A DNA stretch of 64,000 nucleotides from positions 9,612,001-9,676,000 of the forward strand of contig OZ076409.1 in NCBI GenBank assembly GCA_964187785.1, in the 5' to 3' direction. The notes below the pieces were generated by a model, which was not told where the DNA came from, ran no database searches, and saw only the letters and a list, made by a program, of their open reading frames with translations. Shown here in pieces: positions 47,739 through 61,831 of the stretch. Positions within the stretch are counted from its first letter, which is position 1. Each line of letters begins with the position of its first letter. Source of the stretch: Amphiscolops sp. MND2022 (Eukaryota). A program made the translations under genes and the position numbers.

Positions 47739-48080
47739 CTAGTCAAATAGTTTTTCGAAAGAAATCTCCTTGCTGGACATAAAGCACAGCAGTTCTTCCA
47801 GTAGTGGATCCTTGTTGTCCAGAGCATGGTAGCACAGCACTTCGTACAAGTCCTTGAAACTTTTTGACTGAGGGTGAAGGTGTATGTTGAATTTGGTTGG
47901 GGTCTTTTTCACGGGTAGCGGATGAGAGCGGTTGAATTGAATTCCAAAGAAACAAACTCTGATGACTTTTCCTCTGAAGGTCCAATATATTTTTGTGATT
48001 GTAACTACCTCAATATCGAGGTTTTTGAGCTCTTGTGGAACTACCCACTGTAAGTTCAAAAATAGTTTGTGGCAAGGCAT
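47739..48080 (-). CDS. Orphan 113-aa ORF
   Basis: ATG-to-stop frame in a locally GC-richer island. Two CCAAT motifs lie ~300 bp upstream. No recognisable domain. Confidence 0.35.
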   Translation of the reverse strand: MPCHKLFLNLQWVVPQELKNLDIEVVTITKIYWTFRGKVIRVCFFGIQFNRSHPLPVKKTPTKFNIHLHPQSKSFKDLYEVLCYHALDNKDPLLEELLCFMSSKEISFEKLFD

Positions 48081-49576
48081 CAGTAGATTAGGTGTTACAG
48101 ACTAGACTAAACAGACTGAGTTCAAAGAGACTGAGAAAGAACTGGAGTTCCACAGTACCCCTTCCAAAAACGTCCTAGCCATAATTGTCTCAAAATTATT
48201 CGCGAGTAATTATTCGGTGTTCAGTTGTGATATAGTTCAAAGTGAATTACTTTGGTAACCTAACCGGCTATAGATAATCAAGTAATTAGGAACAGCAAAG
48301 TCGGAAACGATTTGAAATCAAAAAATTGTAAGTGGGTCAAAAATTCAAAAAACTAAAACCTGATGTTTTGCACGTTGCTCTCAACCAATGAAATGAGCGC
48401 GTGAGACCTTGATCGGCCAATGAGATTTGTTCATTTGCTTTCTTTCGCGTGCTATGTTGCTTCTTCTAGAATAACTACTGCATATCCCCACCTTATGCTC
48501 CACCAAGTACCATGATTTTAACAGGTTTTTGATCAGGTATGAACCGCATCCTCGGAATGAGACGGAGAAGTCGCTGTTATCGTTGTATGTCCCACTAAGA
48601 AAGGTATATTTCTTTGGTGATTGACCTCGTTTTGTCCATAGTGCGTCATTCTAACATGTTGTTGCTTTTGTTATGAATAATTCTTATAGTGGGTCAATTT
48701 GGTAAAAAGTCTATGTATGTAGTAGAAATAAAGAAGCATGTGTCATGGAAATGTTGTAGAATTGCGTTCTAAAATACGAGTAGAAATTATTTATTAACTA
48801 TTTGTGTTTTTTTTCAAAACTATTTATTCAATTCTACATATATTTTGTTTTAATAAAGCTATTTTAAAATACTGTTATTGATTGATTATAGCATAGACTA
48901 CAATGAATAGACTACACCCAGTTTTTGTAAGATTACCTTAATAAGAACACCAGCCTCAGAAAGTCAAAAAATTAGGAACATTTTAAGGACACCACCGAGG
49001 CCAAACTAGAAAGTGACAGCCCGTTTTTAGAAAAAAAATCGTTGAATCGTCTGTCAATAATGCGGTTGATAAAAACTTTCCAATGCATGTCGAACCCATT
49101 GAGTATTTAAAATACGACGCTCACGCGCAGTGAGAGACTAAGGGTACCACGTGTGTAACAATATAATGAAAAATAAATATAATATATCAGATATTAATAT
49201 AAAGGTTAATTTCAGGATATTTTTTACTTGGCCCTGGTGGGTCTTGGCGTAACAACTGCTGGCTGAGAAACTGTCCTCATTTTGTTCCATTGTAAGAGGC
49301 TATTATGTAAATGTTAAATGAAACGATTTATTTTTAGAACGATGGAATAATATTTTCTTTTCGAATCTCGAAATACAAGTTTTCACCAGCCAAAAACATT
49401 CCGCTATAATGAATTGCGTCGTCAGCCAATTGAATTTTGTCGCAATAAATGCAGTATGGTTTCAAATGCCGGCTATCTTTGTATCGTTTCCTTAGAAAAA
49501 TGTTCTAAAAGAATTACAATGTGATCAGGGTTCCTGAGAAATGTTTTTGAACGAAAACACTATGTGTGAAATGGCG

Positions 49577-49777
49577 TCCCACTTATTATGTCCCACCTTG
49601 TGCCCGTCCCACCAAGGCCTAGTAAAAAGTGGGGTCTATTTCGTACACGACCAATTGAATCTGAGTGAAAATTCTTAGAGGATTGTGTGATTTGAGGAAA
49701 GCAGACTTAGTGGGACATTGACCCCTTTTTAAATAAACTTTGGTGGAACGGGCAAAAGGTGGGACATGAAAGGTGGG
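49577..49777. mobile_element. MITE with GTCCCAC-rich inverted arms; solo arms at ~33708, 35977, 40930 (inverted), 45000, 45430 and 61910
   Basis: Arm ATGTCCCACCT..TGCCCGTCCCACCAAGGCCTAGTAAAAAG and its reverse complement lie within 200 bp. Confidence 0.7.
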
Positions 49778-50462
49778 AACTCCTATGAGACAGTGAAAAT
49801 TGACAAAAATTGGAAAAGGACTGAGCGAAGGAAACGCAATGTGATTGGGTTGAGATTTGATGTGTATTGTTTTGTTAGACATATTACCTAAAAGATTCAA
49901 CCGTGGGGAACCAAGAGGGGCATTTTGTCTGTTCTTCCCAGTTCAAGAGGAGAGGAAACGCGTTAAACATGAAATCATTTATGATTTAAAAAATGAATCA
50001 TTTAAAACTTTACAGAATTGTCTGACGTACATATATTGAAAGTTAATTTTCCGACCCTCAAAAAAAATTCTGAGACCAAGTAAACCAAAAAAAATCTGTA
50101 GAGCATAAAAAGAACTCAAACTCTTTCAGGAAAATGATTAAAAAGTAATTTTCCACAACTTTGAAAGAAAAATGATTTTTCAATTTTTTGCTTCCAAGTT
50201 GCAGATGGTACAACGCCGCGAACCCATAATGCATTCTCAATTGATGTAATATGGTATTTAGATTTCAGCACTGCTACTGATTTTCACAATGACACATTTT
50301 CGAAATGTTGGGCCTTTGTTAATGTTCTGATCAGAAATCACAACATACAATAACACTAGCCCAAAATTTTGTAATTTTAAAGAGGCTCTCAGTTCGGGGA
50401 TCACATAGTGTCACCCTTTAACAAGACCCACGACGAGAACGTGGCCTCTGTAAGGTCTCAAA

Positions 50463-50796
50463 CAGGGGTGTTAAAAATTATCGTTTAGTCAAATGACAAA
50501 ATGAACCAAAATGACAAACCAAAATGACGAACCAAAAATGAACCAAATGACAAAATGAACCAAAAAGAAATGCACTGAAAGATTGAAACCAGATGGGTGA
50601 ATGGACTAAATGGCAGTAATGACTTAAGATTGATTTAAATAACAAAAAAGGGAGACTTTTAACACCACATGCAAAATCCAATGAACCAAAAAGAAATGCA
50701 CTGAAAGATTGAACCCAGATGGGTGAATGGACTAAATGGCAGTAATGACCTAATGTTGTCCTAAATAACAAAAAAGGGAGACTTTTAACACCCCTG
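50463..50796. mobile_element. TIR-bounded segment (CAGGGGTGTTAAAA...TTTTAACACCCCTG) with internal tandem repeats; equivalent segment at 30234-31050
   Basis: Perfect 14-bp inverted repeat. Flanks GTCTCAAA / TCCGTAAA are the same at both loci. No TSD. Confidence 0.65.
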
Positions 50797-50838
50797 TCCG
50801 TAAATTAACTAATAAAATAAACTACAAAATTTACAAAA

Positions 50839-51048
50839 CTAAGAATATACAATGTTATCTACAGGTATTCTACATAATGGACATTTAAATACATCTGAAT
50901 ATACAAAAAGGGAATCTAAACAGTCTCTACATGCTAAATGTAAGGAATGTTTTCTATGAAAGCTCTGTAATTCTACTGATCTAAAGTCCTCTAAACAAAT
51001 AATACATCTACTATAAAGTTTTGTTGGCCTCAAGTTTTTGGGTCTCAT
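50839..51048 (-). CDS. 69-aa RING-finger micro-protein (copy 2)
   Basis: CIIC...H..H..HLACRDC...KCPLCR. ATG at 51048. Confidence 0.7.
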   Translation of the reverse strand: MRPKNLRPTKLYSRCIICLEDFRSVELQSFHRKHSLHLACRDCLDSLFVYSDVFKCPLCRIPVDNIVYS

Positions 51049-51202
51049 CTTGCATCTTGACACCTGGAACCTCGTGAAAAAATTAGTTGACCGCTCTGCA
51101 TCCGTTTTTTAAAAGCAGTTGTGTACCCGTTTTAGTTTCAAAACAAGCTTCAAATTCGAATAATACAAAAATCTCTTGGGAGAATATCAAATGAAAAAAG
51201 TT

Positions 51203-51255
51203 AGGTTGCACCCGGGTTCTAACCAGTGACCGCTTGAGCTGCAGCCGGATGCATT
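51203..51255 (-). pseudogene. 5'-truncated tRNA-Cys(GCA)-like fragment
   Basis: Minus strand GCATCCGGCTGCAGCTCAAGCGGTCACTGGTTAGAACCCGGGTGCAACC resembles the anticodon and T arms of tRNA-Cys. The D arm is missing. Confidence 0.5.
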
Positions 51256-51269
51256 AAATCTAATAATCT

Positions 51270-52002
51270 AATAATATAAATAATCTAATAATAATCTAAG
51301 GACCAGATTTCTTTGCCACCCTTTTTTTCTTCATAAGATATTGCTTTTTTGATGTTCTTTGAAAAAACACGAAAAGTTCTGAATATCTGAATTATTCGTT
51401 ACTATTGCGCTTTCTTATTGGCCGAGAATTCAACCAATTAGGCATCTGAATCAAAAGTACAAAGTTTCACACTTTTGAATGATGATTTAAGTTGATTCAA
51501 ATATTATTTAATTTCACAGTATTATATAATTATTATATAACAAATATCATTTTAAAATAATTTTAAAAAGTGTGGGGGTAAATTGTTGTTTTTGCAATTA
51601 ATTATAGTAACGGAACTTTGTCCTCCCCCCCCCCCACACTTTTCAAAATGTTGTTTATGCAATTGATTATAGTAACGGAACTTTTTCCTTTCCCCCCACA
51701 CTTTTTAAAAATATTTTAAAATGATATTTGTTATATAATAATTATATAATACTGTGAAAATAAATAATATTTGAATCAACTTAAATCATCATTCAAAAGT
51801 GTGAAACTTTGTACTTTTGATTCAGATGCCTAATTGGTTGAATTCTCGGCCAATAAGAAAGCGCAATAGTAACGAATAATTCAGATATTCAGAACTTTTC
51901 GTGTTTTTTTCAAAGAACATCAAAAAAGCAATATCTTCTGAAGAAAAAAAGGGGGGCAAAGAAATCTGGTCCTTAGATTATTATTAGATTATTTATATTA
52001 TT
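51270..52002. repeat. Long palindrome / foldback element (arms ~51270-51578 and ~51693-52002)
   Basis: Near-perfect reverse-complement arms of ~310 bp around a ~115-bp spacer that contains a tandem duplication. Confidence 0.95.
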
Positions 52003-52135
52003 TTAGTACTGTGACTCTCCTCCCTCCCTTGTTTCCTCAAAAAAAGGACAGTGACTCAGTGTTTCCAGTCAAAAGGGTGTTTCCAGTCAAACACTTAAAA
52101 GATCAAAACAGCAATAAAGATTCGCATTCCAAACC

Positions 52136-52218
52136 CGCCCAGTCTGGGATTCGAACCCCGGTTTGCGATGAACAAGCCCGAACAACCAGCCCACTTAACC
52201 ACTGAACCACCGTCCCCG
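52136..52218 (-). mobile_element. tRNA-derived SINE-like head
   Basis: Pol III A box TGGTTCAGTGG and B box GGTTCGAATCC on the minus strand. No clean cloverleaf. Confidence 0.6.
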
Positions 52219-54705
52219 TTATCATTTCGATTTCAGTTGTTTATATATTTGATCAACTTTGATCGAAGTTTCATTCGTACTTCAATTTTATTTAAATCTA
52301 TTTGATCGAAGTTTCCTCGGAACTTTAATTTAATTTATATCATACTTTAATTCTTATTCTGATGAATAACCAATGGTCATGTTTGATTTTTCTGCATAAA
52401 ATTGTCACAAAGTAATTTACTTCTTGAAAAGTGTCCTCATTATGATTTTATCAATAATTCATTAATTTTTACCTTTTAAACTAATTAAAATAATTAAAAC
52501 TCTAAAAAATTTTGATTTATCTAAGATATTTTGATTTTCATCTCAATCAATAATTCATTAATTTCTGCTTTTTAAACTAATTAAAACTCTAAAATTTAAA
52601 AAAATTAAACTCTAAAAATAAACTTCCTCTACTGAACTTTTAACTAGACTTTTAATAAACAATCATGGAGAGGGGTTGGGGTGATGGGTTGGGCTGATGG
52701 GTTGGGGTGATGGGTTGAGGTGGGGGGATGGGGTTGGCTGCTTATTTTTCTTTCCTCACATTACCTCAGATAATTATCAAAGGTTTAGATGTCTTTCACC
52801 TGTTAGACTCATTTTCACTCATTTAGAATTAACACCTCTCTCTCAACACCTCCTTTCAACCTAAAAACCCCCCATCTTATGACGTTGATGATAGTTGAAT
52901 TCAATGGACAAATTCGAAATAGGAATCCTAATAACTTTCTTCGAATTCTTTAAGTTTATTTCTTCAAAAATTCATAAGTTTGTTCAGTTAATTCTATAAG
53001 TTTTCGAAGAAAATAGCAACACTACCTAAAACTTTTAACCCCGGAGTAACCCTTTAAATGTTCTTACCGTATAAGGAGTAATAGAAGTATAATGGCAAAG
53101 AAGGCAAGTATTAATGGCAAGTATTAAAGAAGTATTAATGGCAATTTAATAATGGTAGAAGTTAATTTGCCAATGAACAATTTTTGCCAATAAACTGCAT
53201 CGAATGTAGACCAAATAACATAAGTGCAAATTTATAATTTAATTTAATGACAGATTCAATGACATTTCATTTAATGACAATTTCCTTGACAAATGACAAT
53301 GGATTTCATTTTCAAATTTTTGTAAGACTATTTTTGTTTCGGTCTTGTGAATTTGATTCATTTAGCTGAACTGAGTTTCACAAATCATACGAAGTAAATA
53401 GCTATTATGTTATTTGGTCATCATAAGAATTGTTTGCTGTTTGCCTTTTGCGATTTACAATGCGAACGTTACAATACAAACGAAGAAATTGGAATTGAAT
53501 TGAAATGAATTCAATTGAACGAAGAAATTGGAAATCCGCTTACGAACCATGCCGGGACTGAACGAAATTTTCACAATTAGTTGGTTTCTCTATTTCTCTA
53601 AAGTATATCTGTTGAATAGCAAATTAGTTGGTTTCTCTATTTCTCTAAAGTATATCTGTTGAATAGCCATTTGATATATGGTTTCTTGAAATATGGAATT
53701 ATTATTACTTGTACTGTTGGCTACAATCCCTAGTAAAGAATATACTATATTCACAACCAGTTAGCTGCTGTTATTGAAGGAAATCTACAGCAAGTTCAAT
53801 TCAGACTAACTGGATCCCAGAATTCAAATAAACATTCGATTGTCTGTTTGTTTGTCAATATACGTTAGGAAAGCATGCTGTTATTCTCAGTGAACGAAAA
53901 AATGGAGGGAAAACCAAAGCATGCCAATATTTTTATTCATTTTTGTAGATCTTTTAAGCAGAGTTGGCTGATTAAAATCAAATGATTATAAAATGTTGAA
54001 TACTGTTGAAAAGTATATCTGTTGTTAAAATTGATGTGATCATTCAAATTCGAAAAATTGTTCAAATTTCAAATCAAAAGTGGCAATCCAGAACCTTGAC
54101 AAACAAATCTTTTTCAAGCATCAGATTGGGTAATGCTCAACGTTTCGTAAAATAAAGGCAAAATAAAGGCCCCTTCAAAGTCATCTCCCTATGGCTACAA
54201 TATCCCAGCTCTCTGCATTTTTCGCATGCAAGATTGAGTTGAAGTTTTTCCAGTATGTGACCAAAGACTTTGTATTCAAATGATTGGTAACTTTATTTAA
54301 AAGCTATGAGAGAATGCATTTTGTCTGGGGGTGCGAGAGGTGCAAGCCCTCGGAGTCAACTCTCCCTATGGCTACAAAATCCTCCCTATGGCTACAAAAA
54401 AACGTACGCCTTCCGATTATCATTTGATTCCTCCTCAGAACCTAATACTATTCATTTCAGTTCATTTCAATACGTTTCGCAGAGAGTTCCGAGTATTCAC
54501 AGTTTTTGCATTGCAAAGTGGTTCTCAGATTTGTGATCTGTATTACTACTTAAAAAATCACATGCTACTTGGACATAGTTTTAGTAGTAAATCTGATACC
54601 ATTTTGCTCTTGGTAGTAGTAGGTGCATTTCGGTCTTGCGATTTTTCGAGGTCATGCAAAGTGGTACACGATTTTGGAATTGTGGTGCAAAATGTCACCG
54701 CGAAC

Positions 54706-57133
<2,428 letters not shown>

Positions 57134-57399
57134 AATAGACTTTAGGGCGTAGCCCTAGGAGGTTTCCCCCTTTATTACAGATTATTGACATCATTTTTCC
57201 GAAATCAAGAAAACGGGAACAAAAATTATTTTAAAATGTGAGCGCAGAACATCCGTTTTCCAATTTTTGTTTGTGGCCACTCTTCTTTCTACCTTTCCAA
57301 GATAGCTTGCTTTTAAAACATGAAATGGAGAATCAGATGAAAAAGGTCAATTGATTTTGAAAAATGTAAACAAAAAACGACAAATAGTAACATGAAATA

Positions 57400-57804
57400 C
57401 TATCTTGTTGTTCGGCAGTTCAATATATAACACGGCTCGTCGTCCAGAGCCCCAGGTTTCCAGTATTCATTGGGTGCATTGAAACATATCACGGACTCCA
57501 TTACTTGTCCATTTGGTAGTATAGCTCTTTCAATGAAAGAGAACTTGACTGTTACTGGTTTTTTGTTCCTTTTTGTATTTTCACTCCGTAGAGAAGAGAT
57601 TAGAGTGAGCGAGGTTGTTGGGGTTGTCTCAGGAATGGGTTTGCTTCTTTTGATCCTCCAAGCTCTCGGATGTGTCGGAGAGGTTTGATTGGTGGTTGAG
57701 TCGGCAAAATGCACGTTTTTTCTGTGTGGTGGTCCATAATTTGAGAGCAGTTCATCTATCGGACGAATACACGACCTGATTGGCATTGCTGAGGGATTGA
57801 ACAT
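57400..57804 (-). CDS. Orphan 134-aa ORF with an RVxF-type motif (RKNVHFAD)
   Basis: ATG-to-stop frame in a GC-richer island. Supported by a short linear motif only. Confidence 0.4.
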   Translation of the reverse strand: MFNPSAMPIRSCIRPIDELLSNYGPPHRKNVHFADSTTNQTSPTHPRAWRIKRSKPIPETTPTTSLTLISSLRSENTKRNKKPVTVKFSFIERAILPNGQVMESVICFNAPNEYWKPGALDDEPCYILNCRTTR

Positions 57805-58100
57805 GATAGGGTTGATGTCAGCTCGGAACTGGGCTTGCTATGTGCTCTTTGACCAGCTGATGAATGTAGACTTCCTTGGAATCCTTTCAGCTCTATGCAG
57901 TATAATCTGCAACGCTAGTGTCGTTTGAACTAGCTATATCAATACTTTTGTGTTGCTATGAACTTATGAATTTGATTGTATTTTGTATGCCTTGGAAATC
58001 TTCTTCCTTCTTAGGCGACAAAACAACGCAATACTAACTCATGGAATGAGAAATGACGTTGAAAAAAAATTGGATAAAAGTTTGAATTTGATTGGTTGTT

Positions 58101-58725
58101 GCACTTGGTGGGACCTGTCACTACTTTACTAAGCATTGATGGGACATTTTAACGCAGTTGTTTGTTTTCATTCACCAAGTAAATCAGTGATTGCTCTCTC
58201 TCTTGATTGCCAGCTTGGATGCCAAGCTTTCAACTTGGTTCATTCACCACCAAACACCTTATGGGACTGGCGGGGTTTCTTGACGCTTCTGTTGTTAATG
58301 TTTGAAAAACAAATAGGACGTTTTCGAAAAAGCACTTGGTGGGACCTGATACTTTAATTTATTAAGCATTGATGGGACTTTTTAACACAGTCGTGTTTGC
58401 TTCCATTTACCATGTAAATTAGTGATTGCTCTCTCTTGATTGCCAGCTTGGATGCCAAGCTCTCAACTTGGTTCATTCACCACCAAACACCTCATGGGGC
58501 TGGCAGGGTTTCTTGACGCTTCTGTTGTTAATGTTTGAAAAACAAATAGGACGTTTTCGAAAATGCACTTGGTGGGACCTGAAACTGTAATTTACTAAGC
58601 ATTGATGGGACTTTTACCGCAATCTTGTTTGTTTCTATTCACCAAGTAAATTAGTGATTGCCCCCTCTTGATTGAATCCAAACCAACAGCTTGTATGTCA
58701 AGCTCTCAACTTGGTTCATTCACCA
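58101..58725. repeat. Tandem repeat, ~232-bp unit, ~2.7 copies
   Basis: GCACTTGGTGGGACCTG recurs at 58101, 58332 and 58565 with colinear downstream sequence. Confidence 0.93.
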
Positions 58726-61269
58726 CCCAAAACCGGGATGACTGACATGGGTGGATGACCGAAGTGGATGACTCTCCTGCTGTAATTGGTAAATTTAAAG
58801 GATTGTCCCACTGCGTCAAAAATTTTTACAATGAATTTTTTATTGAATTTTTTGGAGCATACTTTCGAGAATACTAGTATCATTAAATAATCACATGGTT
58901 AAAAAAACGTTCTTTCTAGAAAAACGTCGTTTTTAATGTTTTTTTTTCAATCAAAATAGCGATTTAAATCGATTTTTTTCCAAAACCGTTTCTCGAAAAT
59001 TTCTTTCAAAACGAGGGATGTTAAATATTTCAACAAAACGCATCAAAAATTTCAATTTTTCAGCCTTTTTTGGCATAAGCTCACGTTTCTGAGCTTTCTC
59101 GTGAGACAATTTGTACAATTCAACACGCGGCCTTCGACAAAAAATATCAATGAAAAAACCGGCGAACTAATTCCCGAATTGAATTGCGATTTAAATTGGT
59201 GCGAATTTTTTGACAACCCTGCATTATCAATCCACCTCATTTGCTCTTGTTATTTGGTAATCCACCAAATGAAACTATAGAATATGGCAAGAGAATAAAA
59301 GATGTGACTGAATAAAAGATGTAAAGAAACGATGTGACTGAGTGTTTGTCCGTTGACGAATCCGCACTCAGCGGGACTTAGACCCCTTTTGTACTATACA
59401 TACTTGGTGAGAATTGAAAAAATACTCTAGCTTGGCCATGGGGGGGCATGGATTTTCTCAGAATCACATTGCGTTGCTTTTTTATTTTACTTCCATAATG
59501 GAAATAAAATAAAAAAAGCAACGCAATGTGATTGTGCGTTGACGACTTGTCAGCGCGCAAATCTCATTGCGTTGCTTTTTTATCTTATTTCCATAATGGA
59601 AGTAAGATAAAAAACAAGCAACGCAATGACGAAGTGGGGGTTCGTCAATGACAAAGTGGTGGTAACAGAGGTGCTCAAAAATTAATGGAAACTATTATTT
59701 TTTAATTGTTCGAAACAGAAAATCCATAAAGTTTACAAATGTTTACATCAATAATGGCCATAATGGCTATTGATGGCTCAAATTTTCTCATGGCGCAAAC
59801 AGCTGGAGTTTACAGGAGTTCTGGTATTTGATTCGTAAAATTAACCTTGATTAACACGAATAACAATTATCCTCTACAATAAATAATCTTGTATTGTATT
59901 CAAATGGAATTTATTGAATTTTATTGATGTCCCTATTTGTTGCGTAGCAAATAAATGAAACTTAAATTGTACATTATTTCAGACACTATAGCCTAATCGG
60001 TACAGTGCTTGAATTATAAACGCAAGGTCAAGGGTTCGAAACTCGGTATTAGTCGATCTTTGCAAAAACACCAATTGGTTATACATGCACTTTTGCAAAC
60101 ATTATTCAAAAGAACACTTCGTTTTCAAAACTTTGTATATAGCTATTTGTTTTTAATAATTAAAGTTGATCTTTTTTTCAGTCGATGTTGCTATGATTTT
60201 GAATATGCTATAATCATTTATTGGGACTAAAAATTGCAAATTACAATACATTCTTGCCCTATCTCCTTTAACCGATCCTCGCGACTGTCAATATCTTTAT
60301 AATATGTGTTTTCAAAATTGAAACCCAGTTCATTCATCAAAACAGCTCAAGAATTGAAATCGTCTTGTATTCATTAGAAGTTTGAATATATCAATGAAAT
60401 ACATTCCCTCAATAAATTATCTTTGAAATCAATTTGAAGTATCATCAAGTAAAAAACGGGAATTATGAGTGTGACAAACATTCTAAGGAATTAAAAGATA
60501 AACCCACCCTCTCTTGGCAAATGATTGAAACTTTTCGCCTGAAAATCTCTCTAACTATTTCAATCCTATGTTTAATCATTGTACTCAGTAAATGATTTTT
60601 GGCTCATAGTCAAATGGGACCATCTGTTTAACTCCGAGGGATGCCAAAAAATATTTCCTATGCACACTGTTCTTCTGGTAAAATTATTTGACACTAAAAA
60701 TAAATTATTTGTATTTTATCAGAGAGAAAGTAAGTTATTTGTATTTTTTTTCGCGTTCCATTAAAATACTTTGATTGTATTTATTGGAATTATTTAGGCA
60801 AAAATTATTTTTAAATCATTATTTTGACAATCAATGTAATGTATACAATTATGTCGACATCAATTGTTTTCTTGATCAAAGTTTCAACGCAAACGATGTC
60901 GACAATGGTATTTGTCTTATCCCCCCTGCGACCGCATGATTCGACAAATGTTTTTCACAAAGTCAATATAAAGTCTTTTTTTCTACAAATCGTCAAATCA
61001 ACTTTTGTAATTTTTACGTTATTATTTGTTCGCCCTGCTCATCAAACACCAGCATACATCATCTTTTTCCAATCTGCCAAATTTCGGCTATTGTGATTGG
61101 TTGATCAACCAAAATCCGGCTAACGTGATTGGTCGATCTTGAGCTGCTGAGACGAAGTCAAGTTACAGTTTCAGGTTCAGTTTGTGTTGAACATTTGTCC
61201 CGTGCAGTAGTAGACATTTGGTAAACTTTCTACCACCTTCAATAAAAGACCTAGATTGCAGATTCCAGA

Positions 61270-61831
61270 ATGACCTTCACTTGTATCCACTGCTTCAAAG
61301 AGTTTGATTCCAACAAGCAATGGTTCTACACGCGTCATCAATCTACATGCCTTGGTGAGTTCAGATATTATGTTGGATTTGAAAAATATTTTCAAAATGA
61401 GAAATTTCGAAATTTTTTTGAAGCCAAGTTTTGGGGAAAAGTTTTAGTTTAAACCCCGAATGAAACAAACAAAAAGAAAACGAATATTTGTTGACTATTG
61501 TTTTCCTTTTTCATGCTATCATAGGTGAGGCCCAAAGTAGTGTTTTCTATGTAACTCATGCTTTGCCATTTAAAATTTGAACTAATTCCATTTTTATGCT
61601 CTTTGATCTTATGTTATTTGAAGATCTAGAGATATTAACTTCATTCTGTTTTAGCTCATCAACAACGGAAAACTTTGAGTATTCATCGCTGTACTTGTCC
61701 TGAATGCGGTCTGATTTGCGCCAGCACTGGAAAACTCAAGCAACACCTGTCAAAAAACACTTGTTTGAGACGTCAGCAAGAAATCAGAGAGCGAGGAATT
61801 GAGGCATCCGACTTGTATTCACCAGAACCCA
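61270..61831 (+). CDS. First two coding exons (61270-61354, 61655-61831) of a C2HC/C2H2-like zinc-finger gene; later exons not identified
   Basis: MTFTCIHC...H...C, then a phase-1 intron (GTGAGT...TTTTAG), then in-frame CPEC...H.....C followed by another GTGAGT donor. Two GATTGG (CCAAT) boxes at ~61096 and ~61127. Confidence 0.72.
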
